From: Gammaproteobacteria bacterium | GTDB taxonomy: Bacteria > Pseudomonadota > Gammaproteobacteria > Eutrophobiales > Eutrophobiaceae | Length of the DNA: 64,000 nucleotides | Direction: 5' to 3' | Assembly: GCA_021773245.1 (NCBI GenBank) | Contig: JAJFKK010000126.1 | Coordinates: 6,917 to 70,916 of the forward strand | Shown: positions 50,139 to 58,652 of the stretch, in pieces | Numbering within the stretch: the stretch's first letter is position 1 | How the letters are laid out: each line of letters opens with the position of its first letter | Program-made: the position numbers and the translations under genes | The notes under the pieces: model-generated | Told to the model about the DNA's origin: nothing | The model's database searches: none | The model's input: the letters and a program-made list of their open reading frames with translations, nothing else

Positions 50139-50912
50139 ATGCCTAATTGGTATAATCTACCCACCTATTATGACATTTCATTTTCACATGAGATGCATGA
50201 GGAACTTGTCTTTCTTAAGAACGTGTTTAAGAAATATCGTGCTGGAAACTCGCTACATTTACTGGAACCTGCATGTGGTACAGGTCGCTTGATCGTTCCA
50301 CTAAGCCGTTTTGGATACCAATGTACTGGTTTTGATATAAATAATAATGCGCTCAATTATCTTAATGAAAAGCTTAATAGAAACAATCTCGTTGCAACTC
50401 TTTTTCACGCGGATATGGTTAATTTCCCAATTAAACCAGCAAAATTCGATGGTGCGTATTGTACAGTTGATACCTTTAGACATTTATTATCTGAGAAACA
50501 TGCGGTTCAACATTTAAAGAATGTAGCAAAAGGACTTAAAAAAAATGCTATCTATGTAATAGGTTTACATTTATATCCGAAACAGGGTATTACAAATAAG
50601 CTCTCTCGGTGGACATCAAGAAGAGGACAACTGACAGTTAAGACATCAATGACATTGATAGGGCAAGATAGAAAGAAACGAACAGAAACGTTAAGCGTTA
50701 TTTTAAAAGCAGATACAAAGACACAAAGTAATCAGTATGAGTCGGTCTATAAACTTCGGACATATACGTTAAACGAATTATATAAATTGGTTTCAAAGAC
50801 AAAGGTTTTTGAAATAGAAAGTATTTTTGATTACGACTACGATCTTTCTCGACCAGTTGTACTAGATGAAAAGTCAGATTATGGTGTATTTATACTCAGA
50901 AAAGTGAAATAA
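50139..50912 (+). CDS. Class I SAM-dependent methyltransferase
   Basis: Motif I LLEPACGTGRLIVPL and post-I GFDIN. 257 aa. Substrate unknown. Confidence 0.7.
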   Translation: MPNWYNLPTYYDISFSHEMHEELVFLKNVFKKYRAGNSLHLLEPACGTGRLIVPLSRFGYQCTGFDINNNALNYLNEKLNRNNLVATLFHADMVNFPIKPAKFDGAYCTVDTFRHLLSEKHAVQHLKNVAKGLKKNAIYVIGLHLYPKQGITNKLSRWTSRRGQLTVKTSMTLIGQDRKKRTETLSVILKADTKTQSNQYESVYKLRTYTLNELYKLVSKTKVFEIESIFDYDYDLSRPVVLDEKSDYGVFILRKVK

Positions 50913-50917
50913 AAAAG

Positions 50918-50960
50918 CCTGTTTGAATCAGTGTTATAACACATCACTGATTCAAACAGG
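50918..50960 (-). terminator. Strong hairpin terminator between convergent genes, with a T-run on the minus-strand transcript
   Basis: 16-bp perfect stem CCTGTTTGAATCAGTG / CACTGATTCAAACAGG. On the minus strand it is followed by CTTTTTTATTT. On the plus strand it is followed by a G-run. Confidence 0.75.
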
Positions 50961-50994
50961 GGGGGATAATATCAAGGGGGATTGATATTAACTT

Positions 50995-51513
50995 TTAGTG
51001 ATGATTTTTAGCGAATTCAACCAGGCTTGAATGTGAGAATAAATAGTCTTGTTCAGATAAAGGTGTGTGACAGCTAGCACAGTCCAAATTGTTTTCTTTT
51101 AGAGAACCATCTGCTTTGTATATTGCAAAACCCCAATCATTTGAGCGTTCTTTCGCATCATATTCGGCAGGCCAATCAGAGCGTTTTTCCATAACTGCAA
51201 TTGCAGCAAATTTTCCTTTTTCGAAAACACCGTCTTCACCAGCAACAGGTTTACCATCGTCACCGGGGTTAGTTTTATAAACTTCCATTACAATTATTGC
51301 ACCATCGCCAAGTTTCCCCTGCGAAGCAGTAGACATAGCGACATCATTACCATAGAGAACACCGACTTGTTTTCCATTCAATCTGTTACGAGTGTCATAT
51401 TTAGTAAACTTTGTTTTATATCCTTCTGGTATCTTTACCAGATCAGGATTTCCGCCAGCATTGGCAAAAAAGCTGATGGATAAAGCAAGGCAAATATAGG
51501 CAAGTTTTTTCAT
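50995..51513 (-). CDS. Secreted cytochrome P460-family haem protein
   Basis: Signal peptide MKKLAYICLALSISFFANA. Single C-terminal CASCH haem motif preceded by WGFAIY, mirroring the WAFYIF...CAACH arrangement of Nitrosomonas cytochrome P460 as I recall it. Confidence 0.6.
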   Translation of the reverse strand: MKKLAYICLALSISFFANAGGNPDLVKIPEGYKTKFTKYDTRNRLNGKQVGVLYGNDVAMSTASQGKLGDGAIIVMEVYKTNPGDDGKPVAGEDGVFEKGKFAAIAVMEKRSDWPAEYDAKERSNDWGFAIYKADGSLKENNLDCASCHTPLSEQDYLFSHSSLVEFAKNHH

Positions 51514-51556
51514 TTTAGCTCTCCAAGTAGTGTTCTCTAATAAATTAGTGTTAAAA

Positions 51557-51643
51557 TATTAAGTGCACGAAACAATATGTATTGAAGTATAGTAGAGCTA
51601 AAATTACACTGCAAGTATTTAGTGCACGAAACAAATTAATTTG
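51557..51643. promoter_or_regulatory. Repeated operator-like motifs upstream of the MarR/OhrR-like gene
   Basis: TATTAAGTGCACGAAACAA (51557-51575) and TATTTAGTGCACGAAACAA (51617-51635): 18 of 19 identical, 60 bp apart. A perfect 12-bp palindrome CAAATTAATTTG (51632-51643) ends 11 nt before the ATG. Confidence 0.45.
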
Positions 51644-51654
51644 AATAGAGAAAT

Positions 51655-52083
51655 ATGGGACCAAAATTGACAGAGCAGGTGTGTTACACCTTATATTCAA
51701 CATCCCGAGCTGTAACTCAGGCTTATAAACCCTTATTGGAGCCATTAAATTTAACTTATCCGCAATATGTAGTGATGATGGCCTTATGGGATAATGATGC
51801 AGTCAAAATAACTGAAATTGCTGAGTTGACAGGTATTAGCAATGCAACTCTAAGTCCTTTACTTAAGCGTTTAGAGTTAAATGGTTTTCTTGAGAGAAGA
51901 ATGACGGAAACTGACGAACGTCAAAAATCATTAATATTAACTACTTCTGGAAAAGCATTAGGGCGGAAAGCAAAGAAGGCTAGTGAAATGGCATTATGTG
52001 CTACCGGACTAAACGAAAAAGATGCCTCTAAACTAATGAGTCTATGTGAACGGATTAGATCGAATCTGGATGAATTATCCTAG
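51655..52083 (+). CDS. MarR-family regulator, OhrR-like (N-terminal redox Cys)
   Basis: LTEQVCYTLYSTSRAV resembles the OhrR QLCFxLY sensing-Cys motif. Winged HTH region ITEIAELTGISNATLSPLLKRLELNGFLER. Confidence 0.7.
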   Translation: MGPKLTEQVCYTLYSTSRAVTQAYKPLLEPLNLTYPQYVVMMALWDNDAVKITEIAELTGISNATLSPLLKRLELNGFLERRMTETDERQKSLILTTSGKALGRKAKKASEMALCATGLNEKDASKLMSLCERIRSNLDELS

Positions 52084-52120
52084 AAAACGCAGTTGACTGG
52101 TTATAACTCGGAACAATGTT

Positions 52121-52717
52121 TTATAAATCAGACTTCTTTAATTTATATAAAGTTACTAGTGCAAAAACAGGTGCGCCAACTGATGCTCCTATAAGAAAAG
52201 GGTAGTGCCAACCTAGCCAAACTACCGGCGCAAATAAATAAAGAACATCATCAAAATCAAATCCTGCAAAGCCAGCATAAGCTTTTTCACCGGTGTCCTT
52301 TTGTGCCTGGTCAATGATTTCGGCAAGAATTTCAGCTGCAACAACACCTGCCGCTGCACTTATTCCCATAAGAATTGACCAGTAACCAAGAGCACTGTCT
52401 CTAAGACCAATGCCAATACCAACAAAGAACAGAGATGTGACCGTAACATCACAGAAGTAATCAAATTTATGTCCCCATTCGCTAGTTTTCCCCGATACTC
52501 TGGCAAGCTCACCATCAGCACGATCAAGAAAAGAAGAAATTAACCAGAGAATACCGCCCCAAAGATTCCATTCTTTTGTGCCTATCGCGAAAGCACTACA
52601 AGCAGCGATACCCGTTATCAAGCGAAGTATGGTTAGGTGATTAGGTGTGACGGGTGTTTTTACTAATGGCAGTATACAAACACGCGCTATTTTATGTGTC
52701 CAGGAATCTCCGACCAT
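52121..52717 (-). CDS. CDP-alcohol phosphatidyltransferase family membrane protein (copy 1)
   Basis: Signature D-x2-DG-x2-AR...D-x3-D in LDRADGELARVSGKTSEWGHKFDYFCD. 198 aa, polytopic. Confidence 0.75.
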   Translation of the reverse strand: MVGDSWTHKIARVCILPLVKTPVTPNHLTILRLITGIAACSAFAIGTKEWNLWGGILWLISSFLDRADGELARVSGKTSEWGHKFDYFCDVTVTSLFFVGIGIGLRDSALGYWSILMGISAAAGVVAAEILAEIIDQAQKDTGEKAYAGFAGFDFDDVLYLFAPVVWLGWHYPFLIGASVGAPVFALVTLYKLKKSDL

Positions 52718-52966
52718 GGGTATTATCCTGGAATCCTTAGTTGGACTCGTGTAAGTGTGCGTTTATCAGTTTCAGTTGCGCCGATTAAAAAGCTGCGCAT
52801 AGTTATTCTACGTAAGGCTTTTGCCGTCAAGCAAATGAGACTGATAAACGTGCAATTATGCGAGTAGGCAAGCTTCTCCAGAGTCTGAATGCTCAATGTT
52901 TTATAAGCAGTTATTTTAAAGTAGATAAGTCCCGTCATGGCCGGTCAACTGAGGAATCCAGGATTA

Positions 52967-53929
52967 TTAGTCGTTAAAACCAGAGAGTGTAATATCAAAC
53001 TTTTCGATAGTGCGTTTCGTGCGCGCGTGGATTAATGCCTTATATTCAGCTTCGAATTCATAATCGTTAGCAGCGGGATCAATGTCATCCCAACGCTCTG
53101 TCGCAGGGTGAGCGTATATTTCTGTTACGCCATCTTCAATGTGCGGCAAAATACGAATCAATTTGTCGATGTTCATATGCCCGCTATCATGTAAACCGAA
53201 GATACTATCGTTGTAATTAATATTCCTGACATCGCATTGCTTCTTCATGCTTGCAACAAACGGTTTAAAGAATAACCATTGAGCATAACGTTTAAGTTTT
53301 TCTTTTTTATTTTCAATAATCGATTCAAGCGGTACTTCATTAGGAATACGAATCGCTGTTAAGTTGTATTCACTGCCAATAGTCAGGAGCAAACTGAATA
53401 CAGTAGGATGTAAATGCATATGGTTATGTGCATTGACATGATCTAATGTTAATCCTGTTGCTTTAAAGGCTTCAAATTGTGCACGAATTTCTTTTTCAAG
53501 TTGATATTTTGCTTCGGTATTAAAGAACATCTTAATACCGCTGCTTATCTGCTTAGTACTGAAATTGCCATCGGCATCAACCAGCGCAGAAAGTTCAGAA
53601 GCAGGTAAGGTTGCTTTACCATTACTCAAGACGAGATGTAATCCAACTTTTAAATCAGGTAAAGTTTTAGCACGATTAACAGCATCATCTACAGCAGGTG
53701 CAGATACCATCAGACTAGTTGTCGTCAGGATCCCTTTTTCGTGAGCCTTTGCTATTGCCTCATTAACAGGTGTGGAAAGACCAAAATCATCACCGCTAAC
53801 GATTAGTTTTTTCAGGCCGTGCTCTCCCGTCCAAACAGGAATTTGAAGAACTCGACGCCTTCGCGTAATCGACGTTTCATTATTTCCCAATCGCGACACA
53901 TCTCGAAAAATAATGTGGCCATCTTCCAT
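52967..53929 (-). CDS. hpnK: HpnK (YdjC-family deacetylase of the hopanoid cyclitol-ether branch)
   Basis: KKLIVSGDDFGLSTPVNEAIAKAHEKGILTTTSLMV is the YdjC N-terminal motif. The ATG at 53929 overlaps hpnJ by 118 nt, and the conserved part begins at about 53812, so the true start is uncertain. Confidence 0.7.
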   Translation of the reverse strand: MEDGHIIFRDVSRLGNNETSITRRRRVLQIPVWTGEHGLKKLIVSGDDFGLSTPVNEAIAKAHEKGILTTTSLMVSAPAVDDAVNRAKTLPDLKVGLHLVLSNGKATLPASELSALVDADGNFSTKQISSGIKMFFNTEAKYQLEKEIRAQFEAFKATGLTLDHVNAHNHMHLHPTVFSLLLTIGSEYNLTAIRIPNEVPLESIIENKKEKLKRYAQWLFFKPFVASMKKQCDVRNINYNDSIFGLHDSGHMNIDKLIRILPHIEDGVTEIYAHPATERWDDIDPAANDYEFEAEYKALIHARTKRTIEKFDITLSGFND

Positions 53930-55233
53930 GGGCGGAAATAAAAACGTTTATAGAAATTATCTACCGCTTCAAAAATTTCTTCACTAGGTAGGTGCGGATA
54001 ATTTAATACTGAATGTTGAACTCCATCATCACCGACAAGATCTTCATCGACAATTAGCCAGCCATTTTCTACTGCTTGTTTGTACAACAACGTTCCTGGA
54101 TAGGCAGCAGGAAGCGAAACTTGAATCGTTTGTGGGTTAAGTTCCTTGGCATAGTTAATTGACTCTTCTATGGTTTCTTGTGTTTCACCCGGCAAACCAA
54201 CAATGAATGTACCGTGAATAAGAATACCGAGCTTATGACAATCTTTTGTAAATTGACGTGCGATATCAGTACGAATGCCTTTCTTTATGTTTATTAGAAT
54301 TTGTTGATTACCAGATTCATAACCGACCAGTAATAAACGCAGGCCATTATCTTTCATTATTTTCAATGTTTCATAAGGGACATTAGCCTTAGCGTTACAA
54401 GACCAGGTGATACCAAGCTTGCCGATTTCTTTTGCTAATTCTTCAACATAAGGAATGTTGTCTGTCAGAGTGTCATCATCAAAAAAGAATTCTTTTATTT
54501 CAGGAAAATTATCGCGTGCATAAGTTAACTCTTTAATAACATTTTCAACCGATTTATGACGATAGTTATGGCCAGAGATTGTTTGTGGCCATAAACAGAA
54601 CGAACAATGTGATTTACAACCACGACCGGTATAGAACGACATATACGGGTGCAGCATATAACCATTGTAATAATCTGTTGTCACCAGATGTTCTTTATAA
54701 ACCGGGGTGACCGGAGGCAGGGTATCCATATCTTCGATCAAAGCACGATCTTTATTGTGAACCGGTTTACCGTCTTTTTTATAAATAATACCATCTACTT
54801 CTTCTAACGCTTTGCCTTCAGCAATTTCTTTAATCGTAAAATCAAATTCGTTACCGGTAACAAAATCGATTGCATCGGAAGCAGTAACTGTTTGATCAGG
54901 GTTAACTGCAACATGTGCTCCACAAAATCCGATTTTTAAATTTGGATTCTCACTTTTAAATGCTTCAGCAATCTTTACATCATTTGGAAATGATGGGGTA
55001 CTGGTATACATAACAAGAAATTCATAATCTTTTGCTAAAGGTAAAATTTCTTCTAGCGATGTACCACGAGCGGGTGCATCTATTAAACGGCTTCCTTCTA
55101 CTAAAGCGGCTAGCTGAGCTAACCATGTAGGGTACCAGAATGATTTAACTTCACGAGTACATTGGTAACGGGAACCAGCCGCGCCATCAAAGCCATTAAA
55201 TGAAGGCGGATTAAGAAATAATGTTTTTAACAT
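53812..55233 (-). CDS. hpnJ: HpnJ (B12-binding-domain radical SAM enzyme of hopanoid side-chain modification)
   Basis: MLKTLFLNPPSFNGFDGAAGSRYQ N-terminus and a mid-protein CxxxCxxC cluster (GRGCKSHCSFCLW). The ATG at 55233 is preceded by GGAG and lies 19 nt after the hpnI stop. The ORF-track start at 55299 would overlap hpnI. Confidence 0.8.
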   Translation of the reverse strand: MLKTLFLNPPSFNGFDGAAGSRYQCTREVKSFWYPTWLAQLAALVEGSRLIDAPARGTSLEEILPLAKDYEFLVMYTSTPSFPNDVKIAEAFKSENPNLKIGFCGAHVAVNPDQTVTASDAIDFVTGNEFDFTIKEIAEGKALEEVDGIIYKKDGKPVHNKDRALIEDMDTLPPVTPVYKEHLVTTDYYNGYMLHPYMSFYTGRGCKSHCSFCLWPQTISGHNYRHKSVENVIKELTYARDNFPEIKEFFFDDDTLTDNIPYVEELAKEIGKLGITWSCNAKANVPYETLKIMKDNGLRLLLVGYESGNQQILINIKKGIRTDIARQFTKDCHKLGILIHGTFIVGLPGETQETIEESINYAKELNPQTIQVSLPAAYPGTLLYKQAVENGWLIVDEDLVGDDGVQHSVLNYPHLPSEEIFEAVDNFYKRFYFRPWKMATLFFEMCRDWEIMKRRLREGVEFFKFLFGRESTA

Positions 55234-55252
55234 TGTATGAAAATGCTCCGAA

Positions 55253-56476
55253 TTAATAATCTTGTGTTGTTGCCAACTCAGGAATGTCTTCTTCCCCAAT
55301 CAGCACGTCATGTTTTGTATGAATTAAACCAGCTTGGTCAACGTTGAATGAATTATTGCGCCATTGGATTGAATTGCCAGTAAAACTAGCAACTCTAATA
55401 CAAAATGACAAAGTATCACGCAACGGAATTAATAAAATCGAACCAGCTCTATTAGAGCTTGTTATCTGCGATGTACGTATATGTAAAATTACTCGAGCGA
55501 TTGATACTAAAAGGACTGGTAATAATGCCCAGAATAAACTGGCTGTTGAAAAATAAATTATAAAAGCAGTAATGAAACTGATTACTAACGTATCAGTTAA
55601 AAATGTAAATGCGTAACCTAAAGGTTCTACACGTCTTAATGTTCTTGCCCAACGTAATTCATGGGTTACCAGATCTTTAATTGATGATTCTTCAACAATA
55701 TTTTCTACGATAAAATTAGACAGATGAATTTTGTAACCAAGATCAGAAACAAGTTTTCCAAGCATGTAATCATCAGCTAAGTAATCGGATAAAGCTTTAA
55801 AGCCACCGATCTCGTCAAGTAGATTTTTTCTAACGACCATGGTTGCACCCAGACAATATTTAATGGGCTGCAATATTTTTGAAATTAAAACAGAAGGTAA
55901 AAACCATTCGTTAATAAACATAGCGTTTAATGATGAAGCAATCTTACCTTTGGCAGAGCCCGAATAGAGACAAGTAACAGCACCAACTTCGGAATCAGAA
56001 AATGCCGGCATAACACTGGATAGATAATTCTCAGGTACACGCATATCACTATCTGCAATCAGAACATAATCATGTTTTACAGATGGATACATATTAATCA
56101 GATTCGATACTTTGCGATTAGCACCATGAATTTTTGAATCAACAATATAACTAACATCGACATTCTTAAATTCTTTTATAACTTTTTCGATAAGGGGGAT
56201 AGCTAGATCCTTTTTATCTTGTACACCAAAAATAATTTGGTAAGAGGGATAATCCTGACGACAAAAACTACGAAGATTATCTAGCATTTCAGGGTCAAGA
56301 CCATAAACAGGTTTTAATACGCTGACCGGAAAATTAACGTCTTTTGAAGATAATTCTTTTTTACGTTTTAGATTAAAAAGTTCTACGGCAAATATGGCAA
56401 AAATTGAATAAGCAGCCGAACACAGACATATCAAAATGACAGTAATATTAAAAATGTTGAAAAATTCAGTTTGCAT
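55253..56476 (-). CDS. hpnI: HpnI (family-2/21 glycosyltransferase of hopanoid side-chain modification)
   Basis: N-terminal TM segment, then PVSVLKPVYGLDPEMLDNLRSFCRQDYPSYQIIFGV (ceramide-glucosyltransferase-like signature). Adjacent to hpnJ and hpnK. Confidence 0.75.
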   Translation of the reverse strand: MQTEFFNIFNITVILICLCSAAYSIFAIFAVELFNLKRKKELSSKDVNFPVSVLKPVYGLDPEMLDNLRSFCRQDYPSYQIIFGVQDKKDLAIPLIEKVIKEFKNVDVSYIVDSKIHGANRKVSNLINMYPSVKHDYVLIADSDMRVPENYLSSVMPAFSDSEVGAVTCLYSGSAKGKIASSLNAMFINEWFLPSVLISKILQPIKYCLGATMVVRKNLLDEIGGFKALSDYLADDYMLGKLVSDLGYKIHLSNFIVENIVEESSIKDLVTHELRWARTLRRVEPLGYAFTFLTDTLVISFITAFIIYFSTASLFWALLPVLLVSIARVILHIRTSQITSSNRAGSILLIPLRDTLSFCIRVASFTGNSIQWRNNSFNVDQAGLIHTKHDVLIGEEDIPELATTQDY

Positions 56477-56695
56477 GGATTATCTGTATTTGTGCTTTAA
56501 AAAACTCATTATGTTTTGTTTGGGTTTGTCACTAAATAAACATTTTAAATAACAATGACTTAGAAGCGGAAATTATAAATCTTTTAAAGCTATTAAGACA
56601 AGTAATATTAATTTCTGAAATTGCCATCGTATTAACCGCGCAGCATATTGATTTTGGGCTCTTAAAGCAAATTTTTACAGAATGATGTTGTGACG

Positions 56696-57697
56696 TTACG
56701 GAGTATCTTGAGGAGGTGTTTTTCCTGATTTTTTCAGCAAATATTTGGCCTCGATGTTATGCCAATAGAGTAATCCAGGAAGATCGACAATCAGTTCCCT
56801 GATACGAGTTGCCAGCGATATGGTCAGAGAGAGTTCCGGACTCAGGCCAATAAGTGCGCCCAGCATCAAATAACCACCTTCCTGAACCCCATATCCATTG
56901 GGAATAACGAAGGCAATGTCAGTAATTATGGATGTCAGACTTTTCAGCATCAAAGCTTCAATCAGGCTAATGGGGTAGCCTAAAAGGTAGCAGGCAAGCC
57001 AAACTTCGGAGGTTTGCCAAATCAAACCAATGGTTCGCCATAAAATTGAAGCAAAAAACCGCCCCTTATTACTGTAGATTTCTTTGACGATAGCATCGAC
57101 TTCATGGGCATTATTGGTGATTTGACCCCAGCCATCTGAAGTATGGAATTTGCCAATAAAACGGGTAATAAAGCCAAATAGTCCTGCACGCTGGATAATG
57201 ACAAAACCGACAATTCCCAATCCCAGCAAAAAGGTACCGAGCATAATGAGTTTGGCCAGTTCATTATCTATTGCCAAATACACTAATAAAGCCGTACCAA
57301 TGATGGCCCACGGGACTAAAGCCAATGCCTGCACAGTTTTATCGACTAAAACGGAGGCGCTGGCATCAACACCACCTCTACCCCAAAGTATCAATAATCG
57401 TGCTTTGGCGATTTCCCCGCCAATAGAGGCAACGGGAAGTAGCGTATTGATTGCTCTTCCCATCCACAAAGCCAGAGATAATTCCTTGAAAGGAGGAATT
57501 CGATTAACTGGAAAAAGATAATGCCACGAGATAATCGCGAATAAGAGACTAGGCAGCCAGGCAATAGGTAATAATAATAAGGAGAAACCAGTCTCAACCA
57601 ATAATTCAAATATTTCATCTATCCCTTGCCATGCGATAAGTATTGCTAATATTAAGAGCCCAGCAAGTAAGCCAATGTAGGAAACAATTCGAATCAT
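56696..57697 (-). CDS. UPF0104/LPG-synthase-TM family membrane protein (HpnL-like)
   Basis: 333-aa polytopic protein. VASIGGEIAKARLL resembles the conserved GGE..R motif of this family. Upstream of hpnI on the same strand. Markedly GC-richer than hpnI. Confidence 0.5.
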   Translation of the reverse strand: MIRIVSYIGLLAGLLILAILIAWQGIDEIFELLVETGFSLLLLPIAWLPSLLFAIISWHYLFPVNRIPPFKELSLALWMGRAINTLLPVASIGGEIAKARLLILWGRGGVDASASVLVDKTVQALALVPWAIIGTALLVYLAIDNELAKLIMLGTFLLGLGIVGFVIIQRAGLFGFITRFIGKFHTSDGWGQITNNAHEVDAIVKEIYSNKGRFFASILWRTIGLIWQTSEVWLACYLLGYPISLIEALMLKSLTSIITDIAFVIPNGYGVQEGGYLMLGALIGLSPELSLTISLATRIRELIVDLPGLLYWHNIEAKYLLKKSGKTPPQDTP

Positions 57698-57817
57698 TTA
57701 ATTAGGGAAGTTCGTAGAGTAAGTAAGATTTTAATTTCTGTGTACGGATTAGAATAACAAGCGGATTTGTAACATACTAGACGAATCATTTCACGCTAGA
57801 AACACAAGAATCACAAC

Positions 57818-58519
57818 ATGACTGCAGAAACACAAGACTATTCCGACCAGATAACCAAACCAACGCAACTCTTTCCATTAGTACGCCATATGTCGTATCG
57901 ATTAACACCGATACTATTAAAAACGTCATTAACACCAAATCAGGTTACCAGCATATCAATGGCGATGGGACTAATAGGCTCAGCCTGTTTCTTATTTGGT
58001 AATTTAATAATGGGAATTATTGGAGCTTTGTTATTAACAGCGAGTTATACCTTTGATAATTGCGATGGTGAAATTGCACGTATCAAAAGAATGTCTTCCG
58101 AGTTTGGCGCAAAGTTGGACGACTTGTCTGACTGGATGGTTGATGCGAGTTTTTTTGCTGCATTAGGTTACGGCACAACACTAGCAACCGGTCAGGTATT
58201 CTGGGCATGGTTAGGTTATGCGGCGGCCGCCGGCGCGATTATAGATTACATTGTCGATTTACGTTTTCATGCAAAAAACGCAAAAGACGAAGAAGCAAAA
58301 TCACGCGAAGAAGTTGCTACCGAACCCAAACAACCAGAAGATGCATTGGACTGGATGATCTATATTTTTCATAAACTCAGCCGTGCTGACTTTTGTTTGA
58401 TTGTATTAGGACTCGCTTTGTTTAATGTAACGTGGATTTTGTTACCGTTTGCCGCGATAGGTGCGCAGGTATATTGGATTACTGATTTGTTTGAAAGAGC
58501 TCGGGGATATCACACGTAG
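57818..58519 (+). CDS. CDP-alcohol phosphatidyltransferase family membrane protein (copy 2)
   Basis: Signature FDNCDGEIARIKRMSSEFGAKLDDLSDWMVD. 233 aa. Divergent from the hpnL-like gene. Confidence 0.7.
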   Translation: MTAETQDYSDQITKPTQLFPLVRHMSYRLTPILLKTSLTPNQVTSISMAMGLIGSACFLFGNLIMGIIGALLLTASYTFDNCDGEIARIKRMSSEFGAKLDDLSDWMVDASFFAALGYGTTLATGQVFWAWLGYAAAAGAIIDYIVDLRFHAKNAKDEEAKSREEVATEPKQPEDALDWMIYIFHKLSRADFCLIVLGLALFNVTWILLPFAAIGAQVYWITDLFERARGYHT

Positions 58520-58652
58520 GACAATTTAAAAAGGCACCTTTTTCGCGATCGCTAAAACTACTGTGCTGGGGGAATACCTATAAAGTATATTTTATACTCT
58601 GAATTTATTGGGTGTAGGTAAATTTCAGTGAATTTAACTCGCCTGAATCCGG

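Noticed and set aside
52723-52938. 71-aa minus-strand ORF in the hpnK / CDP-alcohol transferase spacer
   Set aside because: It has no RBS and no recognisable family, and its composition is odd. I treat the region as non-coding and possibly structured (see findings).
57022-57521. 80-aa (minus) and 123-aa (plus) ORFs inside the hpnL-like gene
   Set aside because: They overlap a longer polytopic membrane-protein frame. They carry no motifs. The higher GC here raises the length of chance ORFs.
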